In this document: one piece after another, positions 1 through 12,274 of the stretch
How the letters are laid out: every line of letters begins with the position of its first letter
How positions within the stretch are numbered: position 1 is the stretch's first letter
From: Patellaria atrata CBS 101060
Lineage: Eukaryota
Direction: 5' to 3'
Length of the DNA stretch: 64,000 nt
Assembly (NCBI GenBank): GCA_010093705.1
Contig: MU006090.1
Coordinates: forward strand, 1,825,817-1,889,816
Translations under genes and position numbers: made by a program
The notes under the pieces: generated by a model
The model's input: the letters and a program-made list of their open reading frames with translations, nothing else
Told to the model about the DNA's origin: nothing
Database searches by the model: none

Positions 1-189
1 GTGTTAGGCGATGAAAATGTAGTAGCTCCATTTGCCGATGCCTGCAGTTGCATGTGAACGGTAGTTACCCCAGACATCCTCCGCTGTGGAGTCCACCAGG
101 TCTTATCGCATCTTGAGGCATTTTCCAACTTTCCAATTTTCCAATCTCTTGACCCAAGTATCAGACTGGACGGATGAATGAGACCTGAC

Positions 190-459
190 TCACTTTCTTC
201 TCCTGCTCTCTGAAACGATGCATTCAACTTCATCCAGGCGGCAATTCGTGCAAGGTGCTCCATGCTCTGTGACATTGCATCGGACTTTACGTGCTCTGCA
301 ACACTGGCATGCTTTGGCTGCTCTCCTCTTTACTGATCTCCCATGACCAGGGCCGTGACCGTGACCATCGAGTCCAGCAGCAGTGACCTTTCTTTTTGGA
401 GATGTCGAAGGGGCGGCTGCTTGCTCCTGGGAATCTGAATGGGATGTGGTATCCGACAT
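190..459 (-). CDS. Zn(II)2Cys6 transcription factor, cutinase transcription factor 1-beta/FarB-like; first exon only, gene runs off the left edge
   Basis: KRRAAKACQCCRARKVRCNVTEHGAPCTNCRLDEVECIVSESRRRK is a binuclear zinc cluster of the CTF1-beta/FarB type. A GTGAGT donor sits at about 192. Confidence 0.8.
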   Translation of the reverse strand: MSDTTSHSDSQEQAAAPSTSPKRKVTAAGLDGHGHGPGHGRSVKRRAAKACQCCRARKVRCNVTEHGAPCTNCRLDEVECIVSESRRRK

Positions 460-2244
460 ATTTGTCTGAAAACGATGGTCGAGTCTGCTTTGATTCGCGG
501 GGACACAGCGGAGTATTTTGTAACAAAGGGGTAGAAATCAAAGTCGGCGCATAGCCAAAACAGATGACCGAGAGGGGAGGGGGAGGGAAGTGGTTATGTA
601 GTCAGAGGTGTCCAGAGAGGTCCACCAAGGTTTCTAAGCAGTCTATGGCCCACTTCGACATGAGATATACGCAAAATAGGATCGTGCATCTTCAAGTTGG
701 ATCACAATCGTTGCAATTGTGGGGTTTAGAACGGATGGACCCTAGAATAACGTGAACTGCTCCCCGGATTGACGGAGCAAGATCGATGTTTAGAGCAAGT
801 CGAGCAACTAGACACGAGCTAGCCTTCGCCTTCAACAGTTCTTGGACTCTTGAACCAGGACATTATTCGGTGATTCCGGGAGACATCGGGAATAGTCCGA
901 AGGACCGTTACCGCTGTCGTTTAGATACTGGTGTGTCAATACTTCAGCAGCTGTGAGTGTAATCTTCTCTCTGTGTAGAACCAGCGTCCTATCAATATTC
1001 CTGTAAATAGTCTATAATCTCCATGATACAAATTTTTGTAAAACTCTAGCATCTGAAGTTCAGCCTCAGATCGCTTCAAAATATCGAGTCGCGCTTGTCT
1101 TAACCTCATGCTTCAAGTCTTCAACGCCTCGAATCATGCACATGCATCGTAATGCGTCCCTTGGTCCCTCGATGGAGGATAGCTTAAAACTCAGGTGAGA
1201 AGTATGAAGGGCGGAATATCGAGTCATGAGAAGTGCTGTAAGCACGCAAGATCTTGAAATGATTGGCTTAAAGCAGGATGAAGCCCAAGGAAAATCAAGA
1301 CGGGGCGGAATTCTTCGCTACGCCCCTTGGCGGGTAAAGGTTTCCAAACTATGCTCTGGGCGCCGCCAAAGGACAACCGGAATTGCCGTATGCGGTTGAA
1401 ACCTTTCATATGATCATCGTTGTGATCAAGCATATGCTTCCTGCCCTGAAGCAAGCACGTTGCAACTGTGACGAACGTGTTTGAGCCAGGGTGAAGTTTA
1501 TCTCAACCTCCCGGAAGATGCTGATTGTTGTTGCCATGACGGCAACAGAACTACGCCTCCATGATGGCAAACTATCTCAGTCTCCTCTGTTTTGCTTACT
1601 GTAGAATCTATTCAAGGTAAAGTTATAGTCAGCCTAGACGAACTCGTATCATAAGGAGCCAAGTTGATACTGAGGCCTACTTCGACAAAACTTGCAAAAC
1701 CGGGGCATGGGCAAACTATATCTCGCTTACCCCAAACTTCGATCCAAAGGATCAGCAGTGGGGTAGTCTCGCCAAATAACGATATAGGATAGCGTGATGC
1801 ACTCACTACTAGGACGACAATGCAGATCATGTCTCCAGGGGACCATCATACTGGCGTCAGATGTTGAATTGAAATTCTTGTTCTATGAACCATGGCCTCT
1901 TCTGGACACTCACCAGGAGTACTGAGAGGCACATGATTTCGGATGGTTGAATAACGATTATACCGATATGAGAGGGAGTACCATAACTAGCTTCGTCCAC
2001 TAATACTAGATAGACGCAGCAAGCAAAGCGCCGATAACTTACTCAAGCTGACCCTTAGAGAAAGGCCTTCCAGGCTACTGTATGAGCGTTAACTGATTCA
2101 TTAGTTCAAGGTACAGACCGCACATTGAAAATACCCAAAATCCATCGTGCGCTCTAAAACTCGACTATGCACGCGGACCTTCTGGATCCGACTTCTTCAC
2201 AGACTGAAGCTGTTACCATCCGGCGTCTTCAGCGATAAGTATAC

Positions 2245-3447
2245 TCAGAAGCCGGCCCCGGGGCATGGCGCAATCGGAAGGGCTGTCCCCACAGCTTCTC
2301 CCTTCATCTTGAACAAATGCTGTCTCACGGCTGAAATTTGAGCATTGGTTTTCGCCGAGTTGCTTGGATTACCGTAATGCATCGTGTTTCCGTCCGCATG
2401 GTCGACATATTTTGAGCAATCGGGAACTGCATGGCCGAAAAGGGACCACAGATGATCTCCGACAACAACCGGTTGACTCTTATTCTGCTGAGCCTCAACG
2501 ACCGCAAACCAATCTGTCAAGGGTGCCGCGCTCTGAGAATTTCCAGTCCACTCGTACTCACCCGCAATATAAGTCTTACTAGCTGCTCCTACGGCCGCGA
2601 TATCAGTGGTCAATTTTGGGATATTTGCAGGCCAAAAGTGATTCGAATAAATGTCCACGGTGGTGATCTTCAGCGCAACTTTTTGTATACCGTAAGTTCC
2701 GTCGACAACGAGTTTTGAGGGACCTAGTTCTTTGATATATGCCGATATGTCCGTTGTCCATGTAACGGGGACATTGAGGTCCTGGAATACTGCTCCACCA
2801 AGCTCATTCCCGGTTTCGTAGGCAACTATTGTTGGATCTTCTGCGTAGGTTAATCCTGTGTACGGATTGACGTGGGTCAGGAGCGTTCTGATGTACTCTT
2901 TAAAATCATCCACGATGGTCCGGTTGGTGTAAAATTGCATGACCGCAGGATCTGTTGGAAGCGTAGTCCTAACATTGATACCTCGCCATCGAAGGAAATT
3001 ATATCTCCCGCCATGGTAATAATCATAGTTATCGGTCAAGGGAACAATAAGCCTAATCCCATGTTCTCTAGCCTGATAGACCGCCCAGTCAATAGCCTCA
3101 AAAGCAGCTTCGTTCGTCTGTCTTAAGGTTGGCCATAGACTCAGAGGATTTCCAGTGCTGACTCCTAGGGTGTGGCTCCTGATAGTCGTTGCCCCTAATA
3201 CTTGGAGAACGTTCATGATCTCGGTCACACGCCCTTTGGAGGGATAGCTAGCCTTAGTAGGCTCGTAGTAAGGTTCTCCAGGAGTAGGTCCCACGTTCTC
3301 ATCGAGACCAAGCCAGTACACGTTGGCTCCGGATGCGGTCCATCTCTTCCCGTTGAGCTGAAGCTCGGAGCCATTTCTTACAACTGATGAAATTGCACCT
3401 AGCTGTGCTGCGACACTTGAGACGAGTAAGACTGAAAGTAGCTTCAT
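2245..3447 (-). CDS. Secreted glycoside hydrolase family 5, beta-mannanase-like, intronless
   Basis: Signal-peptide-like start MKLLSVLLVSSVAA at ATG 3447. Motifs GANVYWLG, HVNPYTGLTYAEDPTIVAYETGNE (acid/base Glu) and AGEY (nucleophile Glu). Confidence 0.85.
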   Translation of the reverse strand: MKLLSVLLVSSVAAQLGAISSVVRNGSELQLNGKRWTASGANVYWLGLDENVGPTPGEPYYEPTKASYPSKGRVTEIMNVLQVLGATTIRSHTLGVSTGNPLSLWPTLRQTNEAAFEAIDWAVYQAREHGIRLIVPLTDNYDYYHGGRYNFLRWRGINVRTTLPTDPAVMQFYTNRTIVDDFKEYIRTLLTHVNPYTGLTYAEDPTIVAYETGNELGGAVFQDLNVPVTWTTDISAYIKELGPSKLVVDGTYGIQKVALKITTVDIYSNHFWPANIPKLTTDIAAVGAASKTYIAGEYEWTGNSQSAAPLTDWFAVVEAQQNKSQPVVVGDHLWSLFGHAVPDCSKYVDHADGNTMHYGNPSNSAKTNAQISAVRQHLFKMKGEAVGTALPIAPCPGAGF

Positions 3448-4050
3448 AGCTAGTAACATAAATGAAGAGGGTGTCATCAATTCAAGGAAGGAATTTACTA
3501 GGACGAAGAGACAGAAGGGAAACAAACAGAGAATACTCGCATTATATAACCTTTTTATGTCAATAGTGATGTTCAAGTCATCTCGTATTCATTCCCACCG
3601 CTTTGAGTAGCTGAATTTACATCAAGCTCGCCATAGACTTTGTCCGCTAAACTGTATATTAGCATTGTCGAAATCCAATGGTTTATTCGGGTTGATTTGT
3701 TTGATTAAGAACAGTATATAAGTTTATACTCAAGAAGGTCCGGAGAGAACATGTCCGTCATTATGCCGGGCCCACAGTTTAGAGACGAAGTAGATCCATG
3801 GATGCTTAATCAACATACCCCTGTTGTAGCAGACTATAATTAATTGCAGCCTTTTACAGGCAAGAACTTCGTTGAGAACGACCACCTTGACCACCTTCGA
3901 ATTCCTGATAACTAGAGGAATTGTGATATCGTTGACCTGTGTAGCTGTAGTCAGTTTCTATGAACCACACAGCCAGCGGATTCAAAAGACATGCCCATAT
4001 CCACATAAAAGGATTGATCACTGTTTGCATTCCGTTCGGGATGTTTATGG

Positions 4051-5547
4051 TTATAGTTTCGAAGATCCCCTCGGTCTTTCCATTTCTTTCATCTTAGTCT
4101 GGTAATTTTTCACAAGCTGCCTTACTGCAAGATCCAGCATCACGTCCTCCGAACCACCTGGTATTCTTATGCCTGGTACTTCTCTATATATCTCTGAAAA
4201 AGGGGTTAGCATTAGAAGATATCAGTAAAATATTCGTAAACCTACTTTCTGCAATCTCACCCTGACCTGTCCTAGTGTAGCCGTTTCCTCCGAACAACAA
4301 CACTGCGCACTGAGCGCATTCGTTCAAAACGATACCTGCTTGTGCTTTGCATAAAGCTGTTAAGCCCCCTAATTCAATATCTGCTACAGACTTCGGTAGT
4401 TTTGTCATTTGGTAGACAAACTGCTCCACCCATGCCCACTGACTGTCGAGCAAGGCACCGCATTTCGCAAGTCTGTGTCTTACCACGGGTTGTTCGATTA
4501 AAGTTTTTCCAAATGCTTCTCGCTTCATAACATATTCAAAGGCTGCGCTTAGTGCCACCCTAGCCTGTCTTGTAGCTCCAATGGCGATGGTCAACCTCTC
4601 GTGGTTGAAATTCGTCACTTGATATCAAGTTAGCCCGCGTACAAGGTCCAAAGATAACTAGATGACACTTACTGACATATTTCATGCCCATACCTTCCGT
4701 TCCGATCAAGTTTTCTACGGGTACTTTCACATCATCTAGCTCAATGAACGTTGTCCCTGCTGATATTTGACCAGAAACTTTCAGTCTTCTCATATTGACA
4801 CCAGGATAGTTCTTCAATGGTACAACAACCATTGAAAGTCCGCCAGGTCCGGGGCCGCCAGTCCTCACAGCCATTGTAGAGTAGTCGGTCCAGATACCAT
4901 TGGTTATCCATTTCTTCGTGCCATTGATTATATAGTGTTTGCTATCTTTGGATTTGACCGCTGTAGTAGAAATATTGGCCACATCGGAGCCTGCCTCGGG
5001 TTCTGTAATTGCTATACATGACCTCTTCTTTCCTGTAAGTAGCTCCGGGAGGAATCGTTCCTGAACTTGCTTATTGGCGAATTTGATCAGTGGAGGTACG
5101 CCGAAGGCCATGCCGGTGGTTAGGGATCCCGAAGGACCTGCTAATCCTGATCGCGCCATCTATGTATACCGTCAGGTTCCATTGTCGAGCTATCTTCCAC
5201 TACACAGGGAGACCCACCTCGTCGGCATATATGAGAGTGTGAAAGTAGTCGAAATTCTCAACCTTCAGCCCACCAGGAAGCTCCCTTATACCAACTTTAT
5301 GTAACCATTCCACCGGAAGGGGAGCTCCAATGCTTGGAATAAGCATATTTCCCTCTGCGAATTTCTCCCAAACATGGTCAGGTACTGTCTCTTGTGTCTC
5401 CCATTCCAAAGCATGTTTAAGCAGGTTATCTTCTATAAATTTCCGGCAGGTCTTTTGCCAGTCGCGATGCGATTCGTTGTAGTATGGGGAAGGGAGCCCG
5501 CATAGGTACGGAGGTTCGGAGAACGGAATCTTCGACGGTGATGACAT
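4051..5547 (-). CDS. Acyl-CoA dehydrogenase, probably peroxisomal (4 exons, C-terminal SKL)
   Basis: Motifs AITEPEAGSDV, INGTKKWITNG, FNHERL, LLFGGNGY and IPGGSEDVM. Three GT-AG introns (first 5217-5160). The last exon reads ...ERPRGSSKL-TAA(4053-4051). Confidence 0.92.
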
Positions 5548-5682
5548 GGCTAACTTGTGGAGGGGAAATACGAACCTCTTCTCCAAAGTCAAAGTAGGTG
5601 TTCCTGTGTTGAGTATTTTGGTTATCTGTACCTACTTCAACTGGATTATGGTAAAATACTACCCCAGATTCCATCTCCAGTT

Positions 5683-5688
5683 CCTCGG
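5683..5688. promoter_or_regulatory. CCTCGG/CCGAGG FarA/FarB-type fatty-acid response element upstream of the acyl-CoA dehydrogenase
   Basis: Exact CCTCGG about 136 bp upstream of the ATG at 5547. It is a single 6-mer, so a chance match is possible. Confidence 0.45.
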
Positions 5689-5938
5689 TTGGCGGCATCC
5701 GTCGGCAGATTTGTCATCCGCGTTCACATGTGCTCGGGCCCATGTACAGTTACTATTATTAGAATAGTGCACGAATTTGTCCTCTCAAGTATAGAGGTGC
5801 AGGTGAAAAGATAACGTAGCTACACTGACGGTTCTTCCGGTATTGGTACTGATTGTGCTCGAAGGTCTAATTTGACCATATCCCCGTACAATGGTTCTAC
5901 GGGCTAGTCTATCATAGAAAACACAAGTCCCCTGACGT

Positions 5939-8551
5939 TCAACTCGTTTCAATACCATATCTCTTCAAAGTCTCTTTTCCGGTTGTGACTTTTAGTCCGA
6001 TGCTGTTGAATGATTAGTCCTAGTCAGATAATATAGGTTAGGTAGTAATAGCACTTACCGCGCATCCAACTCAAAGGTTTCCCACTCGGTAACCTTTTTC
6101 AACCAGCTCGAACATTCAATCAGTATATCTTGGTTAGAGGACGTTCTACTTTTGGTAAGGGACATTTTGTTTGGGTTAGGAGACGGCTCGCTCTGGTCAG
6201 GGTATGTTTTCTTTGGGCTCGGGGACGAGTTGTCATACTCCTCCCAAAGGATTGCTGCCATCTCATAGTGGGCGCAAGGACATGGCCAATTATCTTTCAG
6301 AACCCCTTTGAATTCGTGCCACTCTTGTCCGATAACTTCTTGCTCTAGGAGTTTTTTCGCCTCCTCCGTCCTTTCAAGGTTGCGTAAGGCAGTAGCTTTC
6401 AATACTGCCTGGATTGCACGTTCATCTAATGGTTCTTTCTCCCATTGGGTCTTGTTCTGGTCAGAGCTCGACCAGGACAACCGTTCTAAGGAATCTTCCA
6501 GTTGCTCTTTTCTCATACGCTTATATCCATTCCAGAAATATATCATCTCCTCTACCGGACTTACCCCGATCGCGTCGATAAAGTCTACACCCCATTGTTG
6601 CGCCCGTTGATCCCATTTTTTTACTTTACGGTCCACGAAAACGTCCATTGGTAATTGCCGTGCCATAAAGCGCTTCTTACCTGTGTATTTTGGTACTTCG
6701 CGGAGAAGTCGTTCCGCTTCTGTGGCGTGTTTTTCCTACGCGATTTTAGTAGATGTATAAAAGAACATCAGGGTTAAGGTACCCACGGCTTTTTCTGGTT
6801 TATCCACCTTATATTTTCGATACAGTTCGACATGGGCGACCCCGGCATTATAATAGTACAAACCGTGAGACCAGCTATTCAGAGATATGCACTGTAAGAT
6901 TTAGCAAGATTTACCAAGTTGACAAATTATAGTAAATTTACCTGTATAAATGATTTAGAACACTCCTCGTAGCTGTGCATAAACATGCAGTTCATACCCT
7001 TTTCAAACACCCCCAAAGCTTCAACCTGCCTCAACGGGCTCTTTTCCTGACCTGACAATAGATCGACAGCTTTTTCCAGTTTATGATTCCCTGCTTGCAT
7101 TCTCGCATCTTCCAATAACCATAAGTGACTCTTAGGATATCGTTGTCGCATAGTGTTCAGCAGCTCCGCACATTTTTGCTTTGGGTATGCGCTGTCTCCA
7201 GATTTCGGTAGGATATCACATACGCCAACGAGGTTATGATAATACCCTAGTATCATTAGACCAGCCAAAGCTCCATTGATATTCTCAAATTTGCTCGCTT
7301 GCCACAGCATGGCGATTCCTCTTTCTCGGTCTCCTTTGAACCCGACGATTTTCAGCAGGGTTGCAAAGGCGGGAGGAATCATTGAAATGATGAGGAGCAG
7401 CAAACCATAGCATAGATTCGATCCAGAATGGATGAACAGGTCAACTGGATTCTCTCCAAAAATGTCAGCATCCACACCTTCTGTTAAATGACCGCTTGTA
7501 AGCCCTGTCGATGGCGAATATGTGGACTGTGGAACCATTTCCGGTTCGAGCTTTAGTGGCTGGTCTCCGATCAGATTTTGTTTCTTGTCTTCGCTTTCTC
7601 CATTCTTGTGGGTATCAATTTCGAGATGTCCCATGTAAGTAGTAGTGGATGCAGCATCACCGTGAGTCTCGTCGGCATCGAAAAATTCGTCTTCATCATC
7701 ACCATCTTCATCTTCATCGCGTGACAAAGATCCTCTCCAGCTCCGGTCTGAGCTATTGCCGAAATACTTCGAGGGACTAGGACTCCGCACTTGTGATGAT
7801 TGAGCTGCTGAGGACTTCGAAGTTGATAAAGACAGATTTGACCCTGTTGTTGGTCTAGAAGACATTGTTTCTCGCGGTGTGTTTGTATTACTGCTTTGGG
7901 TGACGTATCTTCTCTCCTCTTCCATAATGGCATCAAGGGTGATAAATGCTTTCCTCAGTTTGTAAAATCCCTTTATGCTCTCAGTCAAGCTTTCAGTCAA
8001 AACAGCTACAACTGCACTCATTAGCTGGGCCTCCGCACTACATAGAGCATACTCGGTTCCCGCCGAGTAAATAGAAGATTGGCGGCTTCCTGGATCCCGT
8101 TGTGCTCTTCTTTGTTGGTCGTATGCGGTGCTCTCCGCATCAGCTAATTTCTCTGATGCTGCATAAAGTGTCAATCGTGGTGGAACGAAATTGTTCAGGA
8201 TCTACATACCTTCTTTCATAATTTCTTGTTCAAAACCTAAAGTAGCCCGTAGGAATACCACAACCCCCTTACCGAGCTAAGGAGACAGCTCATTAGCACT
8301 GTTCACTCTTAGCCTGATTGATCTCCAAATCTCAGGCGGGACAATGATATATTCAATCGAGTGATACATACCTTATGAAAGGCGGAATTCCCTTCTGACA
8401 GAAGTTTTTCTGCTTGATCGACATCATCGTTCATGATGTGTGAGACCGCTCGCATGGCGTTCTCAAGCTCCTGTGGCTCTTTCAAAGAGTCTAAAGATTT
8501 CGTGGAGCTATGAGGTTTCACTCTTGTTCCTAACCATCCTCGTAGACTCAT
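5939..8551 (-). CDS. IML2: Iml2/TTC39-family TPR protein (6 exons)
   Basis: Motifs HIMNDD..AEKLL, LRATLGFEQEIM, ESIKGFYKLRKAF, GFKGDRERG, MARQLPMDVFV and AHYEMA. Exons join in frame through GT-AG introns; stop TGA at 5941-5939. Confidence 0.88.
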
Positions 8552-9454
8552 CCTGCAGTATCAGCCTCCGGGCTCAGCCGGTCAATTATTTCTGAATTAA
8601 AAGATGGGAAAGACAAGATTGACTTGTTATGAGTGAAAATTTCTAATGCTTTGTGTCATTTATCTTACAGCTTCAATTTAATCATTTATATATCCACAAT
8701 TGAAGAAAAGACGTGAGTCTCGGTGATAATGCCACCAGTGCTGACATCGGAGCTTACCTTAGCAACGCTAGGTATCGTGCTTACCTTTACAAAACCTAGC
8801 GACATCCCCTGCCGCACATCACTGCAGTAACACCACGAAACAGATTGATTTGACTTTAAATTGAACGCCACGCGAAGCTTAGGAACAAAGCTTGGGGTCA
8901 ATGCAGATTCCAACCTCTTTCTCCGCCTCCATAACTGAATGGCGACCTCGATAACCCAAAACAACCTCCGCGAAGACTCGCGTCGTGTACGAGGTCTGGA
9001 GTAAGACTCTAAAGATTCTCTTAAGTTCCTCTTAAGTCTCGTGCCTACGTATTGGCTAGTATATAGGGAGTATATAATGGAATATGCCACTTATTAGGTA
9101 TACCAGTCCCTAGATTTTGCAGATACAAAGGTATTACCCAGGGTCTGAGCTGGTTAAATATTGGAAGATTTTCTCATACTGCGGAGTAAACCAGACAGTA
9201 GAGATAAAAGGTAATGACCAAAGTGGAACATCAGAAACAACTTTCAAACTGAACAATATCTGAGAATATAAGCTTATATGTCGTTGTTTGAACAAAGAAA
9301 AGCACACACGCGCGCTTAACATGGTGTTCCGTGCACCTCTCGCGCTTGTCAAGCGCTCACTCTTCTCAAGCTTCCTATCAACTTCCATACCTCGAACCCA
9401 ATAATCTCACCCCAACAACGCCTTCCACACCCTATACTCCGTCAAACTACCACA

Positions 9455-9940
9455 ATGTCCGGCTCAGTCCAAGCCTCCTCCACCACCGCGAAAGCGACCG
9501 TCAACGACACCAAAGACAACGGCGAAACCCCCAAAGAGCAGCAAAAGCCCGCGACACAGCTCGAGGAAGACGACGAGTTCGAGGACTTCCCCGTAGAAGG
9601 TGCGCCACAGCCTCTATCCCTTTCCCACCCTATCCCCTGAATCCCCGATTTCCCTTCATAGTGCGAGAAAGTGGTCCAGTTGGGTTAAGTTTTTGCTGAC
9701 TTTATGGCTGGCGCAGACTGGACGCAAGAGGAGACAGAGCTGCCGTCCGGCTCGACGCATCTGTGGGAAGAGAGCTGGGATGACGATGATACGAATGATG
9801 AGTTTTCGCAGCAGTTGAGGTGAGTGGGTCCTGCTTGTTCGGTAGGAGCACACGGTCTGCCATATATATCTGCAATAGGGCAGAATAGCTCACAGCTTCG
9901 CTATAGGGAAGAGATCAAGCGATCCGCGAAGAGCTCGTGA
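9455..9940 (+). CDS. SEM1: 26S proteasome lid/TREX-2 subunit Sem1/DSS1 (3 exons)
   Basis: LEEDDEFEDFPVE|DW...HLWEESWDDDDTNDEFSQQL|REEIKRSAKSS*. Introns 9600-9716 and 9820-9906. Confidence 0.95.
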
Positions 9941-10215
9941 TTGTGCACCGATTCGGGTGAAATATTGAAACCTTGGGGTTATGGATGACTGTATGATCAC
10001 CATAAGATCGATAACTAGTCCTACCACAAAATGCTATTCCCACAAAGAAGGGTTATAACGATACGCAAAATGGTAAAAGGAGTGCATTTTGCATTGGGCT
10101 TTAAAGTATAAGGGTCTAGTTAAATACATATGCGACAAGCATCATAACCTCCACTAAGTCCATTTTCATATCAAAGCTTCGCCAAGTGGCGCGTAGCTTT
10201 TAAGTTGATCATGAG

Positions 10216-11591
10216 CTACTTACTTGAAAGCGCAGTAACACCTGGCAGTTCCTTGCCTTCTAACAATTCTAAGCTCGCACCTCCACCAGTAGAGACATGG
10301 CTTAGCTTGTCTTCAACGCCGTATTTAGCAGCAACCGTTGCAGTATCACCACCACCAATGATGACGATCTTACCGCTCTGTGCGGCGTTCACAGCAGCGT
10401 CTAACGTCTGCTTAGTACCGTTGGCGAAAGATTCGAACTCGAAAACACCCGGAGGGCCATTCCAGAGGATAGTCTTCGCGTCATCGATGGTTTCCTTGTA
10501 CAGCTTGATACTCTTCTCGCCGCAGTCCAGGCCCATCCAGCCATCGGGGATACCATCCTCGTCGGTAGCATAGCCGGTCTTTGCGTCTTTGTCAAACTTA
10601 TCCGCCGTGATATAGTCAACAGGAAGGACGATCTTGACGTTATTGGCTCTAGCTTTCTCGACGAGGTCAGCAACGGTCTTGCTACCCTCTTCGTCAAAGA
10701 GACTATCCCCGATCTTGACGTTGTAGATTGTTTTCTTGAATGTGAATGCCATACCACCACAGATGATAAGGCTGTTGACCTTTCCAAGTAGATTATCAAT
10801 GAGCTGGATCTTGTCCGAAACTTTGGCACCACCGAGGATAGCGAGGAAGGGACGTTGGGGATCTTCAAGTGCTTTGGCAAAGTAGTCCAACTCCTTCTTG
10901 ACGAGGAAACCGGAAGCCTTCTGGGGAAGATCTACGCCAACCATGGAGCTGTGGGCGCGATGTGCAGTACCGAAAGCATCATCTGGATGCACCATTAGTT
11001 TCAATACCTTACTTACGCTTGTAGGTAGGTTTCCTAGTTGTATCAGACTTACTGATATAGATATCGCCCAATGCAGTCAAGCCCTTTCTAAACTCATCCA
11101 CGGCAGCTTTATCAGCCTTAACCTTCTTGCCGCTCTCATCCTTGCTGCTTCCTTCTTCCTCAATGTGGAAGCGTAGGTTCTCCAGCAGGATGACCTGTCC
11201 ATCACTAGCTCCATTGACAGTGTCCTCGACCTCTTTACCCACACAATCTTTTGCGAAGATGACCTTCTTGTCCAGGAGCTTTTCTAGCTCTGGTACAACT
11301 GGCTCTAAGCTATATTTTGGGTTTGGTTTGCCATTAGGACGTCCAAGGTGGGACATGAGGACTACCGCTTTGGCTCCGTTGTCAATGGCATACTTGATCG
11401 TTGGAATTGCTCCCACGATACGCTGGTTATTTGTGATTTTCTTGTCTGAGTCTAGGGGAACATTGAAATCGACCTAAGGGAATTAGCAATACACTTTGGA
11501 TTACACTCTAAGAATGAATTCTAACTCGTATTAAGACCCGCTTCCCTTTGACGTCAACGTCTCCTATCGCAAGTTTGTTTGAGAGTGACAT
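10216..11591 (-). CDS. PGK1: Phosphoglycerate kinase (3 exons)
   Basis: [59 protein letters not shown] and [16 protein letters not shown]. Confidence 0.99.
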
Positions 11592-12274
11592 GGCAGCTGT
11601 TTGTTGGTCTGGTTGTCTGAGGAAAGTAAAGTTAGAGTATAGAAAGGATAGGGCAAACAGACTTGTTGAGGGAAAGCAAAGTTCTGATACCTTATATATG
11701 ATGCCACTAGAGCTTTCTTTAATAAGGCTTGCAGCTTTGGCGGGGTTAGACTATGTGACGAGGGCTTGGTGGGATAATGATGGATTGATGGTGGGGTTTA
11801 TCTAACCGGGGAGTCTCAACCAGAAAAGCAAAGATGCATAGGTTCAGGGCATCACCAGGTTCTGTTGATCATGATACTATAGATTTTCGTTTTTTACAAT
11901 CTACTAAGCCCTGCAGTCATCGTCTTATATCGGGTCAGATTGAACACAGTATCCCATCGTGACCTAAGCTACAGATTCATGAAAAGCTAGGTGTAAGAAT
12001 ACGTAGGAACTGCGGAATCTAGGTTCTATTATCCAGTACAGTATAGTACAAAGAGTCGTTTGTGTTATGGTTGAGGTTCCCTTAGTTGTTTCCATCCGTT
12101 CCCTATAATGCAACTCCTCTAGTCCAGAATTATATCAATTTACATAAACGCCAGCCCATGCATCTGGTCAGCAGTTGCCAGTACTGATGATAATGACCCA
12201 TTTTGAAAATGATGATATCCACCAACGCCAATGTACTCTCCAATCTGTATCTGTACAATCAAAGCGGTTGTGAA

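Noticed and set aside
1200..2005. Protein-like fragments between the TF and GH5 genes (e.g. GTIILASDVELKFLFYEPWPLLDTHQEY*)
   Set aside because: They are short, multiply interrupted and unidentifiable, so I cannot support a call.
2245..3447. Intronless GH5 as a bacterial horizontal transfer
   Set aside because: Composition matches neighbouring genes and the motifs fit fungal GH5 enzymes. Lack of introns alone is not evidence.
8686..9388. ORFs or a TE relic in the IML2-SEM1 divergent spacer
   Set aside because: The spacer is mildly TA-rich but shows no TIR, LTR or domain signature.
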